This document shows, in pieces, positions 9,816 through 20,582 of a DNA stretch of 64,000 bases; within the stretch, counting starts at the first letter, position 1, and each line of letters begins with the position of its first letter. This DNA comes from Fidelibacterota bacterium. GTDB taxonomy: Bacteria > Fidelibacterota > Marinisomatia > SCGC-AAA003-L08 > GCA-2689995. Made by a program: the position numbers and the translations under genes. A model generated the notes under the pieces. The model made no database searches. It saw only the letters and a program-made list of their open reading frames with translations, and was not told where the DNA came from. Where the stretch lies: NCBI GenBank assembly GCA_014381925.1, contig JACNKR010000063.1:68867-132866 (forward strand), read 5' to 3'.

Positions 9816-10517
9816 CTATTTTCGTTTTCCAAATAAAATGGTTCCAAGTCGAATATGGGTTGCTCCATTTTCAATTGCTAGTTCAAAGTCTCCACTCATT
9901 CCCATTGATAATTCTTTACAGTTCGGGTTAACTTGATTTTTAATATTATCTCTTATTTGGCGGGTTTTATTAAAAATATTATTCAGCTTTGTGGGGCTAC
10001 AATTTAAGGGGGGGATTGTCATTATACCTATTAAATTAAGGTGATTCATTTGTGAAATTTGGCTTGCAATATTAATTACTTCATCAACAGGAAATCCATA
10101 TTTTGCAATATCATTTCCAGTGTTCACTTGAATATAAATATTTGAAACTATATTTAGGTCATGAGAAATTGAATTTATTCGTTTTGCAAGTTTTAATGAA
10201 TCTACCGTTTCAATAACATCTACATATTTTAATACTTTTCTAACTTTATTAGATTGTAAATGTCCAATAAAGTGGATTTCGGAATTTTGTCTATTTTGAA
10301 TTTGAGGAACTTTTAATTCAACTTCTTGAACTTTATTTTCACCAATACAAGTAATGCTCGCATTTAAAGCTGATTCAACTGCTTTAATACCAAATGTTTT
10401 AGTAACAGCAATTATTTGTACATCCTCAATTGATCTGCCTGATTTTTTACATGCAGACTTAATTTGATTTTTTACTTCAGAAAATGCTCCCTGGTTAATT
10501 ACACCAGGGGTTTTCAA
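9816..10517 (-). CDS. yggS: YggS-family pyridoxal-phosphate homeostasis protein
   Basis: 233 aa with an alanine-racemase N-terminal-like fold. It has AVTKT and HFIGHLQSNK motifs. Confidence 0.85.
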   Translation of the reverse strand: MKTPGVINQGAFSEVKNQIKSACKKSGRSIEDVQIIAVTKTFGIKAVESALNASITCIGENKVQEVELKVPQIQNRQNSEIHFIGHLQSNKVRKVLKYVDVIETVDSLKLAKRINSISHDLNIVSNIYIQVNTGNDIAKYGFPVDEVINIASQISQMNHLNLIGIMTIPPLNCSPTKLNNIFNKTRQIRDNIKNQVNPNCKELSMGMSGDFELAIENGATHIRLGTILFGKRK

Positions 10518-10520
10518 TTA

Positions 10521-12983
10521 TTACTCGCCTTCTTCCTCTGAATCATCATCGCTTTCCATTACTCTTGTAATTGAAGAAATTTTCGCACCATCATCAAGTT
10601 TTAACAGCCGAACCCCTTGTGTATTTCTACCAATTGTTCTAATTGCTTTTACAGGCTGGCGAATCATAATACCGCTGTCAGTTATAATCATTAAATCATC
10701 ATTATCTACAACTTCAATCATTGATACCATTTTACCAACCTTGTCTGTTGTTTTTAAAGTAATGATTCCTTTTCCTCCTCTATTTTGAACACGGTATTCA
10801 ATTACATTTGTTCGTTTGCCAAGCCCTTTATCTGATGCTACTAATATTGTTCCCTCTCTTTTAATAACAATCATACCAATCACCCAGTCATCATCAGATC
10901 TAAGCGTAATGCCCTTAACTCCCATGGTTTTTCTTCCCATCGGCCTAGCATCATTTTCATTAAACCGGATTGATTTTCCATGGCGAGTTCCTAAAATAAT
11001 ATCATGTTCACCATTGGTAATTTTGGCTTCAATTAGTTCATCGCCTTCTCGAATTTCAATTGCATAAATACCACCTTTTCGCGGGCGGCTATATTGACTA
11101 AGAGCTGTTCTTTTTACAATGCCTTTCTTCGTTGCCATTGCTACAAAGTCGGTATCATTAAATTCTTTAACTGATACAAATGCTTTAATTCGTTCTCCAG
11201 GGTCACATCCGATTAAGTTCACAGCGGCTCGCCCTCTTGCGGTTCTTCCCCCTGTTGGTATATCATATACTTTTAACCAATAACACTTTCCTTGGTCTGT
11301 AAAGAATAAAATATAGCTATGAGTTGAAGCTATAAATAAATGTTCTACAAAATCATCATCTTTTGCGCCAGCACCACGCATACCTCGTCCACCACGACGC
11401 TGTCTTTTCCAATTAGAAGAAGGTAGTCGTTTAATAAACCCGTTATGAGTAATTGTTACCACCATATCTTCATCTGCAATCATGTCTTCAACAGAAAGCT
11501 CTCCCGTTCCTTCAATTATTTGTGTTAATCTGTCATCTCCATATTGTTTTTCAACTTCAGCAAATTCTTCTTTAATTATTTCATATTGTAGGTTTTTACT
11601 TGCTAAAATAGAATTTAATTTTTCGATTAACTTTAATAACTCTTTATATTCTTCAATAATTTTATCAACCTCCAAAGAAGTTAACCGTTGTAAACGCATT
11701 TCCAATATCGCCTTTGATTGTTTTTCAGATAAAGAAAAACGAGCCATTAATGCTTCTCGAGCAACAACAGGATCTTTTGATTTTTTAATTATTTTAATTA
11801 CTTCGTCTATATTTTCTAAAGCAATTTTTAATCCCTCTAATATATGTGCTCTTATTTCTGCTTCATTTAATTCAAATTGAGTTCTTTTAACAACGACTTC
11901 AATTCTAAAGTTTAAAAAATGGTTTAGAACTTCCTTTATATTCATTACTTTAGGAATACCATTTACAAGTGCAAGCATAATGACACCATAAGAATCTTGA
12001 AGCTGTGTTAATTTAAATAAATTATTTAAAACAACATCTGCAATTGCATCTCTCTTACATTCAACAACGATTCTCATTCCATCTTTATCAGATTCATCTC
12101 GGAGATCTGATATACCCTCAAGCCGCTTGTCTCTAACGAGATCTGCTATTTTTTCTATTAGGTTTGCTTTGTTAACTTGATACGGCAATTCATTAATAAT
12201 TATTCGCTCTCGGCTATTTGTACCAAATTCCTCAATAATTGCTCTACCACGAACAACCAACCGGCCTCGGCCTTTTTTATAAGCGTTATGAACTCCGTCA
12301 GTACCCAATAAAATACCGCCAGTTGGAAAGTCTGGACCTGTAATATGATTAGCGATAATCTCATCAATTGATATGTCTGGGTTTTCAATAATTGCATTTA
12401 AGCCAGAAAGTAATTCTCTAAGGTTATGAGGGGGGATTTTAGTTGCCATTCCCACAGCAATACCATCGGCACCATTCATTAATAAAGTTGGTAGAATAGA
12501 GGGTAATACGGTTGGTTCTTGAAGTGAGTCATCAAAGTTAGACGCCCACGAGACAGTATCTTTATCAATATCTCGTAACATCTCTGAAGAGACTCTTGCC
12601 ATTCTCGCTTCAGTATATCTCATCGCGGCCGCAGAATCACCATCTATAGAACCAAAATTCCCCTGTCCATCCATTAATGGATATCGTAAAGACCATGGTT
12701 GTGCCATTCTAACCAGTGCATCATAAACAGAGCTATCGCCATGAGGGTGATATTTACCTAAAACCTCTCCGACAATTCTCGCACATTTTTTATATTTTCT
12801 ATTCCAAGACGCACCCAGGTCTGCAGTTCCAAATAATACTCTACGATGTACAGGTTTTAACCCATCTCTCACATCTGGAAGAGCTCGAGAAACAATAACT
12901 GACATTGAATAGTTAAGATATGATTCATTCATTTCCTCAACAATGTCACGGTCCTGGGTATTTCCTCCAACTATATCTAACAT
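10521..12983 (-). CDS. gyrA: DNA gyrase subunit A
   Basis: 820 aa. It has [10 protein letters not shown], the AAAMRYTE active-site Tyr motif, C-terminal beta-pinwheel repeats and an acidic tail. Confidence 0.98.
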   Translation of the reverse strand: MLDIVGGNTQDRDIVEEMNESYLNYSMSVIVSRALPDVRDGLKPVHRRVLFGTADLGASWNRKYKKCARIVGEVLGKYHPHGDSSVYDALVRMAQPWSLRYPLMDGQGNFGSIDGDSAAAMRYTEARMARVSSEMLRDIDKDTVSWASNFDDSLQEPTVLPSILPTLLMNGADGIAVGMATKIPPHNLRELLSGLNAIIENPDISIDEIIANHITGPDFPTGGILLGTDGVHNAYKKGRGRLVVRGRAIIEEFGTNSRERIIINELPYQVNKANLIEKIADLVRDKRLEGISDLRDESDKDGMRIVVECKRDAIADVVLNNLFKLTQLQDSYGVIMLALVNGIPKVMNIKEVLNHFLNFRIEVVVKRTQFELNEAEIRAHILEGLKIALENIDEVIKIIKKSKDPVVAREALMARFSLSEKQSKAILEMRLQRLTSLEVDKIIEEYKELLKLIEKLNSILASKNLQYEIIKEEFAEVEKQYGDDRLTQIIEGTGELSVEDMIADEDMVVTITHNGFIKRLPSSNWKRQRRGGRGMRGAGAKDDDFVEHLFIASTHSYILFFTDQGKCYWLKVYDIPTGGRTARGRAAVNLIGCDPGERIKAFVSVKEFNDTDFVAMATKKGIVKRTALSQYSRPRKGGIYAIEIREGDELIEAKITNGEHDIILGTRHGKSIRFNENDARPMGRKTMGVKGITLRSDDDWVIGMIVIKREGTILVASDKGLGKRTNVIEYRVQNRGGKGIITLKTTDKVGKMVSMIEVVDNDDLMIITDSGIMIRQPVKAIRTIGRNTQGVRLLKLDDGAKISSITRVMESDDDSEEEGE

Positions 12984-12998
12984 ACTAATTCCTTATTC

Positions 12999-15232
<2,234 letters not shown>

Positions 15233-15235
15233 TAG

Positions 15236-16288
15236 TTAAATATTAATTAATTTGGTGTCTGTTGAAATCCACGACTTTATTCCATCTTTATGAATGTCTG
15301 TACTTGTAATAAACATTTGAAATTTATCAAACATAGAGTTTAGCATTTTTTCAATTCTAACACTGTCTATTTTAGCAAAAAGATCATCTAATAACAAAAC
15401 GGGGGTTTTTCCCAATTTTTTTTTTATAAAACCACCTTCTACTAATTTTAAAATATAATGAAAAAATTTTTTTTCCCCTTGAGAGCCAAATTCTTTTAAT
15501 AAAATATTATTATAATAAAAAATAAACTCGTCTTTCTGAGGACCAAATAACACTTTTCCGTAGAGAGCTTCTTGTTCTTTTATTTTATTAAGTTTTTCAG
15601 TTATTTTATTTATACTTATTTCTTTAAAATAAGAATATCCAATAGAAGCTTTTTTTTCTGGGAAAACCAAGTTCCAAGTTCCTTCAAATTCCTCAGAAAA
15701 TTCAGTCCATAATTTATGTCTTTTTTTCCAAATTTTTTGGCTTTTTTCTGCAAACAATTGATTCCAATAATCAATTTGATTTATTTGATTATTTTTTAAT
15801 AATTGTTTCTTTTGTATTAGAATTTTTTCCAACTGTATTAAGGTGTCCATATAATCAGGGTCAACTGTACAAAAAATACGATTAAAAAAAGCGAGGCGAG
15901 GCGCTTTACCACCAGAAATTATATCTAGAGTATCCGGAGAAAAAACAACGGTTGGAAAAATACCAATTAAACTTGCTCTAGATTTAAGAACCTTATTGTT
16001 AAGCTTTATCCTTTTTTCTAGTGCATTTCTACTTGTTTGTATAGAAACCTTTTTTTCATTATCTGAAATTATTCCGACAACCCTAAAATAATCAGAAAAT
16101 GAATTAATTAAATTTGTTTCTTTTCCTGGTCTAAAAGATTTTCCAAGAGAAAGTAAATGAATAGATTCAAGTATAGACGTTTTACCAGATCCATTTTCTC
16201 CTAAGATAATATTTAATTTTGGCGAAAAATCAATATTAAAATTGTTTAATGATCTAATATTTTCAATTTCAATGTGTTCAAGCCACAT
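15236..16288 (-). CDS. recF: DNA replication/repair protein RecF
   Basis: 350 aa with Walker A GENGSGKTSILESI and Walker B LLLDDLFAKID. Its position after dnaN fits. Confidence 0.9.
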   Translation of the reverse strand: MWLEHIEIENIRSLNNFNIDFSPKLNIILGENGSGKTSILESIHLLSLGKSFRPGKETNLINSFSDYFRVVGIISDNEKKVSIQTSRNALEKRIKLNNKVLKSRASLIGIFPTVVFSPDTLDIISGGKAPRLAFFNRIFCTVDPDYMDTLIQLEKILIQKKQLLKNNQINQIDYWNQLFAEKSQKIWKKRHKLWTEFSEEFEGTWNLVFPEKKASIGYSYFKEISINKITEKLNKIKEQEALYGKVLFGPQKDEFIFYYNNILLKEFGSQGEKKFFHYILKLVEGGFIKKKLGKTPVLLLDDLFAKIDSVRIEKMLNSMFDKFQMFITSTDIHKDGIKSWISTDTKLINI

Positions 16289-16289
16289 T

Positions 16290-17396
16290 TTATATTCGAA
16301 TTGGCATCAACAGAGATAATATTTCTTTTTCAGATTTATCATCTTTAGGTATAATCATCCCTGCTCCGAGTGATGATTTTAATTTTATAAAAACCTCTTC
16401 TGTAGATTGATGGTTTAACATTTCTTTTAAATAATTAGCATTAAATCCAATAGTAATAGATTCTTCTTTATACTCACAAATAATTTCTTCATGACCAGAG
16501 GTTATATTTTCTGGATCTTCAGTTGTAATAATTGCTTTATTGTTTTCAAAGGTTAATGCAATTTGACGAGTCGTTCTGTTTGAAAAAATAGAAACTCGTT
16601 TGACGGCAGATAATAAATCGTTTTTATTAATAACTGCAATTTTATCATTGTCTGAAGGTATTATGCTTTCATAATCAGGATATTTTTCTCTAATTATTCT
16701 TGAGACCAAAGTTGTATTACCGTTATCAATTTGAATATGATTAGAGCAAAGTATTAATTTTAAATTATTATCTGTTAAGTGAGATTGTAAGATAGTTAAA
16801 AACTTGGTAGGGATTATAACCTGTCCGTTATATGTATTTTCTTCTTTCGTTTTACTAACTCGCTTAACAAGTCTAAATCCATCTGTAGCTACCGATGTAA
16901 TTTGTTTTCCGTCTACATTAATACAAACTCCTTGAAGAGATATTTTCATTTCATCTCTACTTGTTGCATATAATGTATCTTGAATTATTTCATTTAATTC
17001 ATTTTTTTCCATTTTTATAATTACAGGGTTTTCAACACTAGGCATTTCAGGAAATTCATTTGCTGTTTTTCCCATTATACTATAATTCCCAAAATCTGTT
17101 TTTATTTCAACTTTATTTTCGGGATTAATGGATATACTTAAATTTTCATCCGGAATTTCTTGTGTAATTTCTAATAATGTTTTTACAGGAATAGCTAGCT
17201 TTCCTTCTGAAGAAGAAGTAATATCAATTTTAATTAATATTGTTTGTTCTAAATCGGTAGCTCTTAAAAAGAGAGTCTTTTTTTTAATTTCAAACAAAAC
17301 ACAACTTAATATTGGTAATGTAGAGCGAGCTGGTATAACTCTATTTATTTTTTGTAAAGAATTAAGTAATTCTTTTTTTGATAGTTTAAAGTTCAT
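16290..17396 (-). CDS. dnaN: DNA polymerase III beta sliding clamp
   Basis: 368 aa of three-domain clamp length, ending in the C-terminal LMPIRI. Confidence 0.95.
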   Translation of the reverse strand: MNFKLSKKELLNSLQKINRVIPARSTLPILSCVLFEIKKKTLFLRATDLEQTILIKIDITSSSEGKLAIPVKTLLEITQEIPDENLSISINPENKVEIKTDFGNYSIMGKTANEFPEMPSVENPVIIKMEKNELNEIIQDTLYATSRDEMKISLQGVCINVDGKQITSVATDGFRLVKRVSKTKEENTYNGQVIIPTKFLTILQSHLTDNNLKLILCSNHIQIDNGNTTLVSRIIREKYPDYESIIPSDNDKIAVINKNDLLSAVKRVSIFSNRTTRQIALTFENNKAIITTEDPENITSGHEEIICEYKEESITIGFNANYLKEMLNHQSTEEVFIKLKSSLGAGMIIPKDDKSEKEILSLLMPIRI

Positions 17397-17437
17397 AAGT
17401 ATATATCCTTTATATATATTAATTTATAATTAATTAA

Positions 17438-17488
17438 ATTTATTTTTATTATTCTATGTTTAAATGTTAATGATTTATTTTTATTATT
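17438..17488. repeat. two direct copies of ATTTATTTTTATTATT (17438..17453 and 17473..17488)
   Basis: An exact 16-mer is repeated 35 bp apart. This resembles the AT-rich repeats of a DNA-unwinding element. Confidence 0.6.
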
Positions 17489-17542
17489 ACTAATTATCAA
17501 GTTTTATTATAACTTAAAAAAATATAATAAATTAATTTTTCA

Positions 17543-17551
17543 TGTGGATAA
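17543..17551 (-). promoter_or_regulatory. perfect DnaA box (TGTGGATAA = TTATCCACA on minus strand)
   Basis: Exact match to the 9-mer consensus. Confidence 0.7.
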
Positions 17552-17604
17552 CTTTGTTTATAATGGGTATAACTTTTGTTTATTAAACAAACAAAAGAAA
17601 ATTG

Positions 17605-18870
17605 TTAAAAAGTCTGAATAAATATATTTTCTCTCTCTTTAGTTATCCACATTTCAAACTCTTTAGTAATTTTATTATTTTTTGCCATTGCTTCCATTAT
17701 TTGCCATGAGTTTTTTAAAGTAGCTTTTTCGCTTAATTTTCGATCTTTAACAAAAACCAAATAATAACTCTTATTACTTGATTCTATTGGAATTAGTAAT
17801 TCAGGTTTGCCCGAATAATCGTTTAATAATGATAAAATTTCAACAGGAATTGCATCGTCTGGGGTTAGCTCAAACACCCCTGATTGATTTTGAAAATCAG
17901 CTTGATACTGGTAAGCTAAAGAATCAAAGTAAACAATTTTATTATTAGATTGTTGATAGATGGTTCTTAATTTTTCCTCTGTTAGTTTCTTATCATTTTC
18001 CGTTGGAATAACTTCTTGTAAAATATGCCTTACATGAATTTTTTCACCCTGCTTGTCTAATAATTGAATTAAATGAAATCCAAATTTAGTTTTCACAGGC
18101 TCACTAATTTCACCGACATTTAAAGAAAAAGCAACCTCTTCAAATTCGTTAACTAAATTTCCTCGTAAAATATACCCAAGATCACCACCGTTTTGATTTG
18201 AACCAGGATCTTGAGAATATTTTGATGCATAATCCTCAAAGTTATTAAATTGAAGAATACTATCTTTAATAGAAGTTAACAAGTCTATGGCTATATTTTC
18301 AGCATCCCAACTTGGTTGAATAGGTAATTCTATCAACGAAAACTTCGATCTGCTTGGAAGTAGAGGTATAGAATCCTTATACTCATCATAAAAAGTTATA
18401 ATTTCTGCTCTAGAAACAGAAATATTTACCATAAAGCTTTGTTGGTATCTTTCAATTAATAGTCTTTTTTCTATTTCATTCCAAAGCGATAATTTATATT
18501 CATGAATAGATACACCTAAAATATTTTCTAATATACTTTCTGAACCAGCTCGCCGTTTCATCATATCTATTTCATTCTCTAGTGTAGAGCTAATTTCATC
18601 ACCAGATACATCAATAAGCGTATCTTTTTTAGCCATTTCAAAAAGAACATTTTGATTAATTAAAAAATCTAGCACATTGTCATGGTTCTCATCAATATAA
18701 TATGGGTTTTTAGAAAGATCTATTCCGTTTTGCATTGCTTGCATTTGTATTGTTTGTAATACATCACTATAAAGAATTGTATTGCTTCCCACTTTTGCAA
18801 CAACACCATCAACAAATTCATTTTTTGAAAACAGAATAGTAAATATGATTAAAATAAAAAACTTATTCAT
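17605..18870 (-). CDS. SurA-like periplasmic parvulin-type peptidyl-prolyl isomerase
   Basis: 421 aa with a signal peptide. It has a PPIC-type domain, GGDLGYILRGNLVNEFEEVAF...FGFHLIQL. Confidence 0.75.
   Translation of the reverse strand: MNKFFILIIFTILFSKNEFVDGVVAKVGSNTILYSDVLQTIQMQAMQNGIDLSKNPYYIDENHDNVLDFLINQNVLFEMAKKDTLIDVSGDEISSTLENEIDMMKRRAGSESILENILGVSIHEYKLSLWNEIEKRLLIERYQQSFMVNISVSRAEIITFYDEYKDSIPLLPSRSKFSLIELPIQPSWDAENIAIDLLTSIKDSILQFNNFEDYASKYSQDPGSNQNGGDLGYILRGNLVNEFEEVAFSLNVGEISEPVKTKFGFHLIQLLDKQGEKIHVRHILQEVIPTENDKKLTEEKLRTIYQQSNNKIVYFDSLAYQYQADFQNQSGVFELTPDDAIPVEILSLLNDYSGKPELLIPIESSNKSYYLVFVKDRKLSEKATLKNSWQIMEAMAKNNKITKEFEMWITKERENIFIQTF
17643..17651 (+). promoter_or_regulatory. 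perfect DnaA box TTATCCACA
   Basis: Exact match to the 9-mer consensus. It lies 100 bp from the previous box in inverted orientation, inside the 3' end of the SurA-like CDS. Confidence 0.65.
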
Positions 18871-20570
18871 TAATTAATTTCTTCTTGTGTTGTAAAAAAA
18901 TTACTATTTATGGTTACATTATATTTTTCCTTAAGATTATCAAAAGTATCTTCTTTGTGAGAATCTTGATTTTCTTTAGTCAAGGCTGTTTTGATTCTAT
19001 TTTTAACTTTATCATATTCAATTATTTCCTCTGGTAACATTGTTTCAAAATAGATAATTGACCACTTATTGTCCCGAGTTTTAAAAACCTTACTATAATT
19101 ACCCGTATTTATATTTTTAAGGGCCTTGACAATATCTTTATTTTTTGTTTTATCAAAAGGTTGCATTTTACCAGACTTTTTAGGACTTAATATAGAGAAT
19201 GATTTTGCCAAACTAAAGAAATCACCTCCTTTTTGTATTTCAACAAACAAACTATCTGCAAGTTTTTGTCTTTTTACTTTTAAATTAAATACTGAGAACC
19301 TCTCTGGTTCTTTATATTTTGTTTCCTTGTATTTTTCATAATACGCTTTTATATCTTCATCTGTTGGCTCTGGTGCATTATTTACTAAATGCCGAACATA
19401 AGCGTCATATAATATTTCACCCTCAATTCCGCTGTATTGAGCTTGATACCCATAAGATACGTTTAGCTTGTGTGTTTTTCCTCTTTCTATAGCAAGAACT
19501 TGCAAAATTAGTGTTTTTATAGCAAGCCTTAAGCTTTCGCTGTTTGTAATAGAGGGTCTTCTTGAAGGGGAAGATTTAGATAGTTTATTAATTAACCATT
19601 TAACACCATAGCCTTTTTGATTATATATAAAAATAACATCATTGCCTGAATAATCTTTTAATACAGGAACGATATCAACATTATTCATATAGGTGATTTT
19701 TTTTTGATGTTCATTTAAAATACTACCTAGTTTATCTAAAACAGGTTCGTTAAAATAAAAATTAATGTTATCAATTAAATTTTTATCATGTAAATCAGCC
19801 GCCTCTTTTAATTGATTTTTTACTATACCCAAAGAAGAAAACTCAACTTTTTCCAAAAGCTTTTCATCTGGAAAACCCACAGCCTCTGAGGCTCTCTCGT
19901 CTTTAATAAACACAATGTGATAACCATATTTTGTTAAAATAGGGTCTGAAAGATCACCCTTTTTTAATTGAAAAACCTCTTTTTGAAAATCGGGGTCAAC
20001 TTTTCCCCAAGAAATCCAACCAAGGTTTCCTTTGTTGCCTGTAACGCCAGGGTCATCAGAAAAGCTTAATGCTAGACTATCAAAATTAAAAGAATCTCCC
20101 GTTTTTGAAAGCAGCTCGCTTGCGAGTTCATAAGCCTCAATTTTATTTCTATTAAAATCTCCCCCCATTTCTGTCCCATTAAACCCGATTAATATATGGC
20201 TAATATTTAAATCTTTTAAAATATATTTTTTACCCAACTCAATATATTCTAAAGGAACCAATGGAAGGGCTACGAGCTTTTCATATGTTTTATTGACAAA
20301 TAAAAAATCACCCCGATTTCTTAATTTAATAGCCGTTCGAGGGTTTTCTAAGAAATGTTGTTCTTTTGCTTCTAGTACGGCTGTTTTTTTACGAATAAAA
20401 TCATTTAATATTCGTTCTTTCTGATGAGTTTTTATTCTTTCCCATTCAGATTTAGGATAAAATTCAAAAAATTCATTTTCAAAATAAACGTTATCCCCAA
20501 CTGAAACGACTTTCTCATTTGAAAAAAGACATGTTAAAACTAATAATAAAACAAGTAGGTTTCGAACCAC
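18870..20570 (-). CDS. parvulin-type peptidyl-prolyl isomerase (PpiD/SurA-like)
   Basis: 566 aa with a signal/anchor. It has a PPIC domain, GNLGWISWGKVDPDFQKEVF...YGYHIVFI. Confidence 0.7.
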   Translation of the reverse strand: MVRNLLVLLLVLTCLFSNEKVVSVGDNVYFENEFFEFYPKSEWERIKTHQKERILNDFIRKKTAVLEAKEQHFLENPRTAIKLRNRGDFLFVNKTYEKLVALPLVPLEYIELGKKYILKDLNISHILIGFNGTEMGGDFNRNKIEAYELASELLSKTGDSFNFDSLALSFSDDPGVTGNKGNLGWISWGKVDPDFQKEVFQLKKGDLSDPILTKYGYHIVFIKDERASEAVGFPDEKLLEKVEFSSLGIVKNQLKEAADLHDKNLIDNINFYFNEPVLDKLGSILNEHQKKITYMNNVDIVPVLKDYSGNDVIFIYNQKGYGVKWLINKLSKSSPSRRPSITNSESLRLAIKTLILQVLAIERGKTHKLNVSYGYQAQYSGIEGEILYDAYVRHLVNNAPEPTDEDIKAYYEKYKETKYKEPERFSVFNLKVKRQKLADSLFVEIQKGGDFFSLAKSFSILSPKKSGKMQPFDKTKNKDIVKALKNINTGNYSKVFKTRDNKWSIIYFETMLPEEIIEYDKVKNRIKTALTKENQDSHKEDTFDNLKEKYNVTINSNFFTTQEEIN

Positions 20571-20582
20571 AGTTCTCCCTTT

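Larger units (their letters stand above)
17397..17604. promoter_or_regulatory. AT-rich dnaN upstream region: dnaN promoter and candidate oriC/DUE
   Basis: A 208-bp non-coding, extremely AT-rich stretch. It contains a duplicated 16-mer, one perfect DnaA box, and a degenerate tandem copy (GGATAACTTTGTTTAT / GTATAACTTTTGTTTAT). Confidence 0.45.

Noticed and set aside
10816-11880. Track ORFs antisense to gyrA (10816..11067 and 11482..11880). Similar antisense ORFs lie inside gyrB, mfd, mnmG, mnmE, yidC, czcA, ccmF and the acylases.
   Set aside because: They lie entirely within strongly conserved genes on the opposite strand and have low-complexity S/I/F/L-rich translations with no recognisable motifs. 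These are typical shadow ORFs of AT-rich DNA.
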